A stretch of 64,000 bases of DNA from contig JAYWIR010000018.1 in the NCBI GenBank assembly GCA_036172245.1, positions 1,612,001 to 1,676,000 on the forward strand. The letters run 5' to 3'. Numbering within the stretch: the first letter of the stretch is position 1; each line of letters starts with the position of its first letter. Shown here piece by piece: positions 1 through 11,905 of this stretch. The stretch comes from Raillietiella orientalis (Eukaryota). The notes under the pieces were generated by a model. It worked only from the letters and a program-made list of their open reading frames with translations, ran no database searches and was not told the origin of the DNA. The translations under genes were made by a program, and so were the position numbers.

Positions 1-689
1 GACCATCTGCAGTTACTCCATATGGACCGTGGCGCATGGAAGCAAGAGATGAGGTTCGGGAACGTAGGCCGACAATCAAAAGATAAAAATTTCCGCAAGG
101 AACATTCAGCATCCTGATGTGCACGTTCCATTATTTGAACCCGTTCGGCTGGCATCGGAAACCTCCTCTCCCCAAGCGTATTTGTTTTATTCTCTGTTGG
201 ATTCATGCTCTTTAGAATTCAGAGGTCAAGTGTCCTTACCTTCCAGCCAGTGAGTCAAACGATTTCATTACTGAGATCCAACTGAATTTGGCAGGAATCC
301 CAGCCATTTGTTTAAAGGGATCTCCTCCGAATTCCTTAAAGTACCATGGAGATCATTACATTGACTGTTTGTTGATTTATTGCTTTTCTCAATTTAATTC
401 ATTTCTTTGGATGGTGCTCTGCGCTTCCGTCATCCCGATGTTTTTTTTTTTTTTTTTTCGTCCTCGCCAAAGGCCCCCCCTCCGCGCTGAGAGCAACTCC
501 GCTCTCCACGTTTCCGGAAACGCACGTAGGACCACCGTCAGCACCGTCGGTTTCGAAAAGGATCCTACTGGGATGAATCCACTCACTCAGTGAAGCGGGG
601 AAGTCTTGAATTCCTTCTCCTCTTCGGCCTTCGGTGTACAACATCCCGAAAGACTGGTCTGTACAGAGTTCCCTTCCGAAGAGGGGATT

Positions 690-1790
690 TTCCGAAAGAA
701 GGACGACGAACATAGTTGCCGAGATGTTGTCTAACAGTGTAGGGGGATTAGCCTAGTCAAAATGGACCTTCCCCCCTTATGTGCGGAGGATTAGTTATTG
801 GTTATCCTCTGATACATTTCAGAGCATCTTAAAGACACGAGAAGGCATGAAGTGATCCGGAGGAACTTACACGGACACGCTGCTCCAGTCTCGCAGCCGC
901 ACTCGTGGTAAATCCTACAGAAAGTCTCCAGGCTAATTATGAAGGACATTACTCGGGATGGAAGCTGCGAGAGCCAAGCCTAATGTATCTGAAAGCCGAC
1001 GGTACATAACTCGTGCTGGTTAAGATGGTGGTGGGCTGAGGTCGAACTGCGCTCATGAAGAACAGGTGACTGCTTCCCGGAGCTGCTCGAGACGAATCTT
1101 CAGCCCATCCAACCTCCACGTGGCCTACACCGTTGAGGGCAGGCCGCCTGCTGAGAGGCAATGGAGGAGGGATGCTTCCCGCAAGGATTCAGCATTTCCT
1201 TTTCTTCATCCTTCCGTTCCACCAGTGCTTTTGGATGCCACGCATCTACTGCGGAGGGGGCAAACGAAGCCGGGAGTGTTCAAGAGGGAGCGAAACCCAA
1301 CGTCCTCTTTTTCCAGCATCGACTCAACTCGAAAGAGCTGAGGCCATCGTAGGATGCCACCGGTTCTTCTGAAACCCCAGGTGTCCTTTTTCGGGACACA
1401 AGAAGAATTCTCATCCAGACTTGGAATCCCGTCGCTTCCCTGTTGCAGAAAGGGGATGTCCGCTTCTGCAACCGGGGAGCCACAGGAAGAGGATGTTACG
1501 AACTCAAACACAGGATCCATAAAGAAGTTCCATCGGGGTTCCGGATGACTGATGGGTTGGAATGTCTTCTCTCGTCTGCAATGCTGTGAATGATTCTTAA
1601 TCTTCGCGCTAACCAGACTGGTAAGCGAGCCGAACCTTCCGTTGTTCCTCAGAGCCCGTGCAACTCACAGTTGGGACAGGAAGATGTCCCCTTGTTGATC
1701 CGCATGGAATCTGGAAAATTACGTCAGTGGAGATCCGAGGTAGCAGATTCATGGACTGACCAGCTTTCATGATTGGAAAATCAATAACTC
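690..1790 (+). mobile_element. Decayed Ty3/Gypsy pol relic (RT to RNase H)
   Basis: Ordered degenerate motifs across frames. From 709: NIVAEMLSNSVGGLA*SKWTFPPYVRR (cf. EMLxxGVIxPSxSPWxxP). NLHVAYTVE in ORF 1066 sits at the YxDD position. AFGCHASTAEG in ORF 1161 (cf. FLGHxISxEG). KLRQWRSEVADSWTDQLS in ORF 1590 (cf. KFRxYLxGxxFxVxTDHxxL). Stops and frameshifts throughout; boundaries approximate. Confidence 0.55.
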
Positions 1791-2258
1791 ATCATCTCTC
1801 CTGCGCTCGAAAACAGAAAGGAGCAGCACCTCGCGACACGCTTTCAGCTGAAGCAGCGACTCGAACCAGAGCAGCTTTTTCTGCTAATTTCCCTCCCTGG
1901 TTCTTCCAGAAAGCAGTCAAGCCTCCGTGCCCCTTTTCGAAATCCGTCGCCCAGTGGACCGTGTCTTGTGAGACAGTTCGGATTTGTCCCATCAGTTTGC
2001 ACAAGAAGGAAATTCCAGACTGCTCACTGCGGGAACGCTGAAAGCCACTTGGGGATTCCAAGAGTAGGCATCCGGGAGCAGAAGTGTACAGAAGCAAACA
2101 ATAATTGGTGCAAGAGAAAATGGACTACAACAAGTTTCTCCTCTAACTTATCGATGTTTCATCACACAGCCTGCTTTCCATTCCTCGGTGGTAGCCGACG
2201 ATCCTTGACTCGGAAAGCCGAGAACATGAATTCAAAGACGGGCAAAGACGGAGTAAAA

Positions 2259-2278
2259 AGAGAGAGAGAGAGAGAGAA
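2259..2278. repeat. (AG)n microsatellite
   Basis: AG dinucleotide run seen directly. Confidence 0.9.
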
Positions 2279-3484
2279 AGGGAGACGAGGAAAAAACTCA
2301 GACGAACGGAGCAGGAAGCTGTGTATGGCAACAAGGCGTGATGACTATTGCGCAAACAACGTGGAAAATTGGTCGCGTTTGGTTCTCCAGAAGACAGATC
2401 CAAGGCGGCACCGATCCAGGAGGTGCGCCGGGTCGAAAACACCCTTCCCTCACGAGTTCCGGAGACGACAGATTCCGGTGACGCATGCAATCGCACTATG
2501 CTTTGTCTCTCCCGTCCCAGAGGTCACCACATTCCCTTGGAAATGTAGGAGGAAGAAGTGAGTCAGCGACTCAACCCCGAGCATCTCGTTTTGTTTGCTG
2601 CAGTTGAGGAATCCCCGGTTATCCCGTTGCTTTCGGGAGTCTCGCCGCCCGTTTTTGTTTGCGTGAATGTACCTATGTGATGGCTGACATCCCTCATCCG
2701 GGGAACATCGAACATGCCGCACGATGGTGTTTTGCAAACTGCAACCAGCAAATAGTTAATTTACGGCGGTCACGTTTTCCTTTACTGGGAGATCCGTATT
2801 CCGTGTTTCCAAGGAGACGCTCCTCTCAGGGAACCGGGAAGATTAAGAGGAAGCGCGTTTTCATGGAGCAGCGAGCGCCGAGATCAAAGTGTAACAAGGC
2901 AAGAAGAGCAGGAGAAGCATCTGCGCGCTCGTCCGTTCTCAGCAACGTTTCCCCGGTCTCAGCCCGCAGCCTTTCACTAGTCGCTGCATCCACCATGGGT
3001 TGCCAGCACGCTTTGAAAATCTTTACGAAAAGATGATGCCCAGCTGACTGCGTGTCGGCCCTCTCCCGTGGTTTCCCTGCAGCTTCATCCTCGCGGCAAC
3101 ATTCCCAGGATATTCAGTCGAAATGACTCTCACCAAAAAAAGACGCAATCCTTTCTCCTATCCCCCCCCCCCCTTCCCCCGCCAAATTCGCCACCTCCAC
3201 ACTGCCGTGCTTTCGTTCCTTCCTCGGAACACCAGCTTGCCTGCTCCCCTGTTGGCAATGACCCCCGATAATCCGAAGGCAGAATCCGTTATAAGTCCAT
3301 TCGTATCATTCTAATGGCATTCCTGGGTAATCTCTTTCATTCATTGCTTGTTCGCTGCTACCTGATGTCCTTGGACAAGCGCGATGCATTGGTTGCGTGC
3401 AGTCCCATTGAACTTCCGCTTTTCGCTCGCCTGGTTCCTTTCAGACATCCAGACCTAGCCCGAAGAACCGCGCCCGCGTTGGCG

Positions 3485-3969
3485 GTGTCGTGCGGCTGCG
3501 GTCTCCGCGCGTGGCACCGATCGCTGCGGGTTCGAATCCCGTCCGGGGAAGGAAGGATCGATGCCGAAAAATGGGGGAGTGCGTCGTGGGATCCGAATCC
3601 CCACCGCAGGGCGACGCTGGTTGGCTTCGGGTGGGGCATTGGCGAAAGCCGGAAACCGGATGCCCCTGTTGACTGCTTTCTGGGATAGGAAGTTGACCCT
3701 CTGGGGATCCTTCAAGGGATCAAGGAGTCCTTCGAGGGTTCCCCTGCGCTTGTGAAAATGGAGCTGTACCATCGCGTACCATAGAGCTGGTTGATGCCCA
3801 TCGTAGGGGGGTTGTCTCTCCAGAGTGTCAAGAATCGCGCTTCAGGAAATTGGGAAGCGTCCGTTCGGGGTTCGCTTCAGAGGGGGAAACGAGGAACGGT
3901 TCCCTTGCAGGTTCCCTCGGGCGAAGAAATTCCTTTCCGTATTCCTGGACCTTCCTGGGTTCATAGGGA
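3485..3969 (+). mobile_element. tRNA-headed SINE-like repeat, copy a (head present, internal deletion)
   Basis: Box B GGTTCGAATCC at 3529-3539, preceded by box-A-like GGCTGCGGTC. Body aligns by eye with 16010-16646(-) and 32623-33230(+), e.g. shared GGAAGTTGACC. Ends in ..GGTTCATAGGG. Confidence 0.7.
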
Positions 3970-6084
3970 GTTCCCTTCCTGGTTGTCACATAACTTGACG
4001 GGTTCGAAAGGAACGTCTTGGGGTAAACGGACGTTTTGTTTTGAGCACGGATCAACTCGCGGAAAACGGCGCGTTTTCACATCTCAGCTCGCGAGGGTTC
4101 CTTCCGGTCTGCCCCGAACCACTCGAGCCCGATCGATGAAACACCAAACCAACCCCGCTTTGGGATAAATAGGGTGCGATCCTTTTTTTCTTAGGAAAAA
4201 AAAAAAAAAAAGGGAAAAAGAAAGAAAGATGGCAAACCTCGGAGGCATCCTCGGATGACGATATTGTGGGCGGTTTGCTCGCGTCGAAATACGCGCGCGC
4301 GCGCCACGTGACAAGCGAGGAAACCCGTTAACTACCGGAGCAAACACGAAGCCGGCTGCTTGGCAGGTGATGCTGGTGAAGGATCGACCACGAGTGCATC
4401 TCCGGCAGAGCAGCGACGGCATCGTGAGGTTGAAGGACCTTCGATGCAACCTTCGCTGAACAAATGGACAGCCGTTCCTGAAGCCACCGCCAAGCGTGGA
4501 GCAAAAATCCTCGTGGACGAGAAGGCGTTCCCGTTTCTCTCTCTCTTTTCTTTTTTTTCCCCTTTCTTCCTGAGTGTGAGGGCCACATCTTCCAGGGTAA
4601 CAAATCCGAAAAGGAAAGTGAAGACATGAGAAATGCACGTGACTTTTCCTCACGATCGTCTTCCCGTGTTCCCACACTCTGAGGTCGAAGGGAAGGAGTG
4701 TGCATCCCCGCTCGTCAAGAAGAAAGAAGCACCGGAGCGAACAGGGTGACCCGTGCGAGGAGGAACGCATGGGGCGGGCTTTGTCGAGAGAGGGGCCACC
4801 GAGCGATGACCTTAGCACGGGCTTAGCAGTGTAGTGCAGCTACGCTGCGACAGGGTCAGTAGCCGGACAGCGCGGTCTCTCGGGAAGAGTGAAGCGCCGC
4901 CGCCTGCAGAAGAGCGAACGGAAATGGGAGTAGGGGTGGGAAGGTGCAAGAGGGAGCTCTCTCTCTTTCCTGGTTCAGAGGAACGGCGCTGCCCGAGGAT
5001 GAATTTCGCTCCAGAAAGCCCAGCTCCGGCCTCGAGTTCGGGGAAAACTCCGTAGGGGTCCGGCGTTCAGAAAGCGCGCGAACCGGGAAACCGAGAGGCG
5101 TTCCCGACACCACTGCGATCCCACTCGAACCGCAGCTCCTGTGAGTTCCACCTGCGAGTTCGTCTGGAGCTCGCCACCTGCTGCTGGATCCAAATTCGCT
5201 CCATCGCCAGGGAGAGTCCCTTCGCTTTCCTCGGGGAACCCTTCTCTCCTGCTGTCGCTATGCTGGGAGCGCGCGCGACGCTGGGGTTCTCCTCTGCGCT
5301 GCGGAGGCAGCAGCAGAGATGCGCTGAGTCGGTCCGCTTGCTCTCGACTCTTTTTCCCCGACTAGCCGGGATGCTATGTCCGGGTCCTTTCCCAGCATCC
5401 TCTTTCCGCCTTTTCCACCTTCCAGATCTCTGCAGTCAGAGATCGCCTCGCAACCTTCCGCTCTCTTCTACGCTCCTCTCCCTTGCGGAACTTTCAAATG
5501 CCATCTTGAAGCCACAAAAAAAAAAAAAAAAAAGGCAAAGCTTCCATTCTCCTTCGGGAAAATTTCTCCTTCCCGTGGTTGTTCGCGCCTCTCCGAGCTC
5601 TGAATCCATCCTCTCAAACAACAGCCTGCTGCTTCAGGAGCAACAGCAACGCGAGAACATACCTGCCTTTTGGCTCTGCAGCACTAAAGACATCGACCAG
5701 GGGCAGGTTGCGACATTCGAAGGCGGAGCCGCACGGGAGCACAGGGTGCATCCCAGCAGAGTGCAGCGGTGCCGAAGAGATTGCATGTGGAGCGCACAAT
5801 CAGATGCAAGCAACATCTGGAAGAGCGGGAGAGGAGAGAAGGGAAGTGGAAAACCCTGCATCGAGATCCGCTTCTCCCGTGAGCTGGAAGATCTCGGGAG
5901 ATCCTCTCAGCTCCACGAAACGAAGCCCTCTAGAGGGAAGAGATGGTTGTATGTCCCCTCCACCCTCCACCCCCTTCCGTTCCTCTCCTTCCTCCTCCGA
6001 ACCCATCTCTCTGCGTACGCGCTGCTTCGTCGTCAGGCTGCCTAAAGGTCAGTAATAAGATTGGAATAAGGAAGGATAAGGAAA

Positions 6085-6165
6085 TCCAGAGAGAACGGGG
6101 AAGAGGTTCCTTTCGGGGTTCCCTACCAAGCGCAGCATTTCGAGGCCTACTTGATTCATAGGGTA
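6085..6165 (+). mobile_element. 3' fragment of the SINE-like family
   Basis: GAGAGAACGGGGAAGAGGTTCCTTTCGGGGTTCCCTACCAAGCGC...GATTCATAGGGT matches the 3' end of the other copies. Confidence 0.6.
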
Positions 6166-6749
6166 GCTTCTACCGAATGAATTGAAGAGTCACACGCCCC
6201 CTTGGGTGGCGTGGACGGCGTTGAAGAGCTTCGTGAGTCACCCCTAAAGAGGCGAACGGGTTCTCCATCACTTGGCAAGCTAAAAAAAAAAAAAAAAAGA
6301 AACCGAAAAGAAAGGAAAGAAAAAAACAAAAGTTGGAAAGGAACCAGTAAAAACAAAGGAACCCAAAAGGGCTTCCATCATCCTGGTGAACTGGACGGTA
6401 GGACTCTCGAAAGCTCAAGGATTCCAAGCCCTTCCTCGGACTTGACGAATGGGCGCCAGACAAAACCGGAAGCTTCGGGACTGCCGACGAAGCGAACAGC
6501 CTTACCCTCTCACGGGAAGAGCAGCATTCGACGAAGGACTCCAAGGAAACGAGGTGCATTCCCTCAAATACTTCACCCATTGTCACACAAGTGCTCTCTT
6601 TTTCTTCCTAGTTGTATTATTAGTACACTATTAAAGAGCGGACGTTGGCATTAGTGACTTTTGTACGAATACATTAATAATGTTGGCATGCCTCCCCCCC
6701 TCTCCCCTCCTCCTACATTTTAGACAGGAAGAGTTGATCTTTAACAAAA

Positions 6750-7250
6750 GCTAAACAAGTTGAAACTCCACTTACTCATCCTAGCTGCGTTACCTTGACA
6801 GCAGAGCACTTTAAGGCCAAAGAGCAGGGAACGGGACTCGAACAGCGCATTGTCGGGTGTGGAATCCCACTACATGCAAGCGTAGTATTCGTCCCGGGAA
6901 AATAAATAGCAATATAATCATCAGTGATCCATTGCCCTGCGGCTGACACCAGCATCTTTGCTTTATTATTTATTGCTCTTGTAACACTTGGCTGCTGTCT
7001 CCATTAACGCGGAGTTGCATCTGATTGTCATTCTGTTTGACTAGATGAAATGTTCAACCTGTAAAAGAATGGAATCTGCGTTCCTCCTGAGGAAGAGCAG
7101 AATCCCAAGATTGCCTCTTGGGACCAGCGTCTGGAAACGAGGTGATAGTGGCTAGTGCCCAAAGGCTCTGGAATCCGCTCGTGCGAAGTCCGTATCTCGA
7201 AAGGTGAAATGTCAGTGGCCATGGCGACGGCGGAATACTTCCGCTCGTGA
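6750..7250 (+). mobile_element. Possible decayed Ty3/Gypsy RNase H end / integrase N-terminus
   Basis: VVFVPGKIN near 6882 (cf. IxYxPGKxNxxAD), then NGICVPPEE and IRSCEV (cf. integrase zinc finger region). Weak. Confidence 0.35.
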
Positions 7251-7463
7251 GGCATCGTCCGCGCCTATACGTGCTCCGGGAACGGGATGAAGAGCCCGGG
7301 AGCCTTTTCAGTGCGACTGTGCAGGAGCAGCATCCGCGTGGCGCAAACGAAAGCGGGAAAAAAAAAAAAAACTTTCGTGGAGTTCTGAGGGAGAAAGGAG
7401 GTTGCCTGGCATCCTTCCTTCCACCTTCTAAAGACAGCGCAGATCGAAAAATCAAAGAAGAGA

Positions 7464-7865
7464 ATGAATCCTTGAAGGCTCCGGAGAAAGGACTCCGTTT
7501 TTCTTGCGCTTGGTAGGAAACCCTGAAGGAAACCCTTGCCCTGATTGTCTCCGAAGGGAACTGCGAAGGGAACCACCTCTTCCTTGTTCTCTCCGGAAGG
7601 ACCGCCCGGTTTGTGGGCCGCTCCCGATTTCTTCTCCGAAGGGAGTACGGAAACGATCCTCTCCTGAAATGTCTTCGCCCGAGGGAACATGCAAGGGAAC
7701 CGCTTCTGGTTTCTTCCTCTGAAGAGAACCCCGAACAGATGCTTCCCAATTTCCCCGAAGGGCACTCCTCAAAGGGAGCAGCGCGCTTCTTGACACCCTG
7801 GAGAGGTGTCAATCCACCAGCTCCATAGTACGAGATGGAGGCTCCAGCTTCGCAACTGGAGGGGA
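7464..7865 (-). mobile_element. SINE-like family, 5'-truncated copy b
   Basis: Long close match to 16010-16360 on the same strand, e.g. GAAGGGAACCACCTCTTCCTTGTTCTCTCCG and GTTTGTGGGCCGCTCCCGAT. No tRNA-like head. Confidence 0.8.
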
Positions 7866-10739
7866 ACGATCGTTCCAACTGCGCACTCGACGAAGCTCGA
7901 ACGTTTTCAGGGGTGAGCAGCAGTCTGCAACCGGTTCAACTGGACGACCTGACAAGTCTGGAAGACTTTGGAAAGAGATGGTTTCCAAGGTGCCCTCGCG
8001 AGATTTCATTTCCAAAAGGACCACTCCTCAACGCCTTGATTTTCCACGTGGAAGATTCCTCACTTGTTCTTGCAGGGGAGGCGAATGGCGCGTGCACCTC
8101 GGCTGTGCTGCCGTGGACCAAGCGCACCGCGCTGCCAGCAGGAATTCCGCGAAAATGTAAAGGTATCTTCCCGCCCTCCGCCTCCTCGGGAGACTGTGCT
8201 TTCCTGAACAGCCACCGTCACATATTTCTTTCCTTCAGACGTTTCGTTGCAGCCGGAAAGAGGTCCAGATCCCATTCCTCCCCGTGAAAGAAGCTGCGTC
8301 TCTGCTGGAGTCAGCACCACGAGCCTCCCTGCCTCCGTGCGCCGGTCGCCTCTGCCCTGCTGGAACGCGGACTCCCGACTAGGGTGCGTCGGCCGAACCC
8401 GTGTGTTGCTTCCAGGCTCCTCTGCACGACAGGATCACGCAAAGAATCCAGATTCAGCACGTAGGACTCCGGCTCGGCAGAGTCCCAGATTTTATTTTTA
8501 AAAGTGCGTGACCTCTCCTCTTCCTCCCGAAACCCTCTCTCCCTCTATTGATGCTTAGAGGGCGAGAGCTCGGGTGCACTCTTTAAGCTCAACAAGAGAA
8601 AGATGGTCCACACCTAGTGACGGATGTAAAGAAGAATGATCTGCCAAGCGACATCCACCCAGTGCGTCGAAGGTTCCATGCTCTGTACTGTGGAAAGCCA
8701 ATCAGGAAGCTGGAAGGAATGGGAACGGGAACGAATGGATTTAAGGGGGCAAAAAACTAGCCAAACAACCTCCGCCCTCAAAATCCATGCTTTGGGGATT
8801 TTCAACGAGACGGGCATCTGTAAGAGTTGGAGTGAAGATTGGTATGCATGATCTCTGTGAGTGGGAAGGGAGGTTGAAGATCAGAGAGGAACCGCCAGCC
8901 TCTCGTCCAAATAGTAAATCTCATGTTTTCACTCTTTCCAGCAGAACTCTGAATTTCAACGAAGGACTCCGCAAGTAACTTGATGTGAGGCTGGTAACCC
9001 TGATGCACGGACTCTGCACTTCGCCGCCACTGCGCGGAACGCGTCCCCCCACCTGTTTTGCTCCGCGTCAAGGATCCGGCCATTGGAGCACGCGAACTCG
9101 AAACGAGCAGACAGGGATGGTGTGAGAAAAGCCTCTTGCACGCCACGGCAGCGGGAGCAGCAGCCAGGTTTCTGGATGAGAGCGTATCTAGCAACCCGGC
9201 TGGAGACTGAGGCAAGCGAGCCCGTAGGGACCCACAGCGAGTGGGGTCCCTACGGGCGATCGCAGACTCCGTGGCCGTTGCTACCTTGACGGATTGGTCA
9301 CAGCATTCGTCGAGCAGAGGAATATGCATCCCGGAAGTTCCAAAGGGAGTCGTTTCGTATCCCCCGACCATTCCTCGTCACTCCTGAGTCCTCCTTGCTC
9401 ATTTTCCCACCTCGCGGAATAGGAGTACGGGCTTCCCTTCCCTTGTTAGGGCCGATCGCACTCTGCTCTGGATAATTCGCCCTTCTTTGCCGTGGTCCTC
9501 TGACTCGGCCACAGCGAAGAGTTGCAGCGCTATTCTCCCGGGCAAGGGCCGGTCGCAAACGCGCGACCAAAAGGGTGCATCTCAGGAAGGGAATCCATGA
9601 GGTAGTGGTTTCTCCAGGTAAACTCCTTTTTTTCGTTTTTCGGAAGACAATACGCTGCACCAAGACCCGAGAGAGAATAGAAAGAACAAAAAAGATGCTC
9701 CCAAGGAAAGGGAAAGGGCTGAAAGGACAGAGAATAGGGCAATTCCAACCTTGCAGAGCTTCCGGGATAGCGTTCCGGTCTGGCCTAGTCTGAGGTTCCT
9801 GAGCTACTTCGTGTTCACCGAGGTCATGCTAAGGGGGAACGGCAAGGCCAACTAACGGAGCTTCAAGACCTTGCCCAGGCTTGCAGAGACAGATCCAGGG
9901 TCTAGGGATCTCCAAAGCGAACTTCGAGATCCTGGACTTTCAGATCAACGCCTTCGTGCGTCCTATTCCTTCCCAGCACACTGCGGTCTTCATGGAGCTA
10001 CGGGGTCTCACCAGCCTCAGTGGGGAAGACCCTTTGGAAATGCGTTTTTCGTGCGGAATGGGCGATCACTGTAGGGACACTTCAACTCCCCCTTGCCTCT
10101 CTTTCCACAGGAGCTGTTGAGATAAACGTCTATCTCTTGAGAAGGATCAGCGGTAGTCTTCCAGGAGAGCTTTTGCTACCTGCGAGCATTAGTGAACGTC
10201 AGCATAAAAAGAGGGCGAGGCTCCAAACTCACTGCATCCCCCCAGTTCCTGCTCCCATCCCTTCCTGACTCAAACCCTCAGGAATTCTGGTTACCACCGT
10301 GAGGCCGATTCACCTCACTCATGCTAATTCGCTCATCTGCCCAACCATCCCTCCCCTTGTTGTGGTCCCAGTGAGAGGAAAGCCTTTTGCCACAGGTAGG
10401 AAGCTGCATGACCCCACTTCACAAAATCCATTTTTTTTTCTGTTCTTCCCATTTATTTACTCTGATTAAACGGCACGGCAACTCGGGACGAGAAGATGAC
10501 TCTGGGGGCGGCCTGAAGACGCTTGCCGGCCGAACGGAGATCATCGAAAGCTGCGAGTCGTTGCCGGAAAGTCTTTTTGATTTTCATTTTTTTCTCTATC
10601 CGTTTCCACGGAGAATCGTCCCCCCCTTCTCTTCAAGATCCACATCTCCGCACACAGGATCCCTCCTTCCGGCTAGCTCTGAGACCCAGGGTGCGGGAAC
10701 CTGGAAACGTCCCATCGCAAGCAAGAGAAAAGGGGAAGA

Positions 10740-10965
10740 AAGGGAAACAAGGAGCGGTTCCCTTGCATGCGCCCCCCGGGGAAGAAATTCCAGGAGAGAG
10801 GATCCTTTCCGGGTTCCCTTCGGAGGAGAAAGGAGGAGTGGCTGTCTCCGGGAGGGGGGAGGGAGCTCCATCCGGGGAGAATAAGGAAGAGATGGTTCCC
10901 TTCGAGGTCCCCTACCAAGCGCGAGAGGAACGGACTCCTTCCTCCCGAGCCTTGCCGGATTCGCA
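10740..10965 (+). mobile_element. SINE-like family, 3' portion, copy d (inside IR1; mirrored at 24939-25164 on -)
   Basis: GAGCGGTTCCCTTGCATG...GAAGAAATTCCAGGAGAG...GGTTCCCTTCGAGGTCCCCTACCAAGCGCGAGAGGAACGGA matches the other copies. Confidence 0.75.
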
Positions 10966-11857
10966 ACGGTTGCCCCCTATCTATCACTTCTCTTCCCGGC
11001 TACCGGGGAGCTTTTCGTGCCGGAGTGGGGAGCGGTCCGGGAGGAACCCATGGCGCTCCATGCGAAAAGAGACTGCGGTAATCGCGACTGCTGGGCCCCA
11101 GCAAGCGGAAGCCTAGGTGGGCAAGAGGATCGAAGGGAATTTCTCGATGGTGACGCGCGCGGGGAGAGAGGTCGACGCGAGCTCACCCCTAAGGGGCTGG
11201 GGAACCCACCAGACCAGGTTGCCGATCGATCGATCGCCAGAGAGAGGTTTCGGGCGAGCGGAACCATCGCCTCCGCTTCAGGCGCCCGCGGCTGAGCTTG
11301 GAAGGCACGGTGAGACACGCAACTCTGCATTTTCTTTCTTCTTCTGTCTGAAAAACTTGGTACGTGGAGTGGATGCTGCTGGAGGGCGTGCTGCTCTCCG
11401 ATGTCGACCATCCGGCCATCGGGTCGGAAGCTTGCTGGAGGCTGCTCGCGATGGCGGACAGTGACCCGGAACGAGATCCCGATGCGCGTCCCGGTTGCGC
11501 CGCACGCCGGCGCACGCCATCCTCGGTGCCTCGGCTCGGTTTCCCGGTTCGCGCGAGGCCTCTCGAGTACGTTGCTCGGGTGCCAGGCGCCGAGGGACGT
11601 TCCGACGGCAGCCACTGCTGAAGGGACGGGCGCGGTCCGTTGCTCCCGGCACTCTTCGCTGCTCTGCTTCCGGCGCTGCCGCCGAGGCATCTCGAGGGCA
11701 GGGCCTTGGGAGACTCCCCGCGACGCGCCGGGGAGCCGCGTGCCCCTTCCGGATAATGGGGGGGGGGGGCTCGAGTCGACTCTGGCCGCCGCCCGTGCCT
11801 CCTCTCCCGTGCGCCGCCGCGCCCCCGGCGACGTGAGGCAAGTGGCCGGGAACGCCG

Positions 11858-11905
11858 CGCCGCCGCCGCCACGAGGTACGGCTGTACCTCGTGGCGGCGG
11901 CGGCG
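11858..11905. repeat. Perfect 22-bp hairpin with 4-nt loop (mirrored at 23999-24046)
   Basis: CGCCGCCGCCGCCACGAGGTAC-GGCT-GTACCTCGTGGCGGCGGCGGCG. Extends imperfectly to about 11850-11916. Confidence 0.95.

Noticed and set aside
3485..3550. Functional tRNA genes at the GGTTCGAATCC motifs (also about 16600 and 32670)
   Set aside because: No convincing acceptor or anticodon stems. The copies are mutually diverged and each continues into the same ~600-bp body, as expected for a SINE.
5260..6045. 261-aa ORF as a host gene (likewise the 204-aa ORF at 27349-27963)
   Set aside because: No recognisable domain. The 5260 ORF reads through a poly(A) run, and there is no exon evidence I can support.
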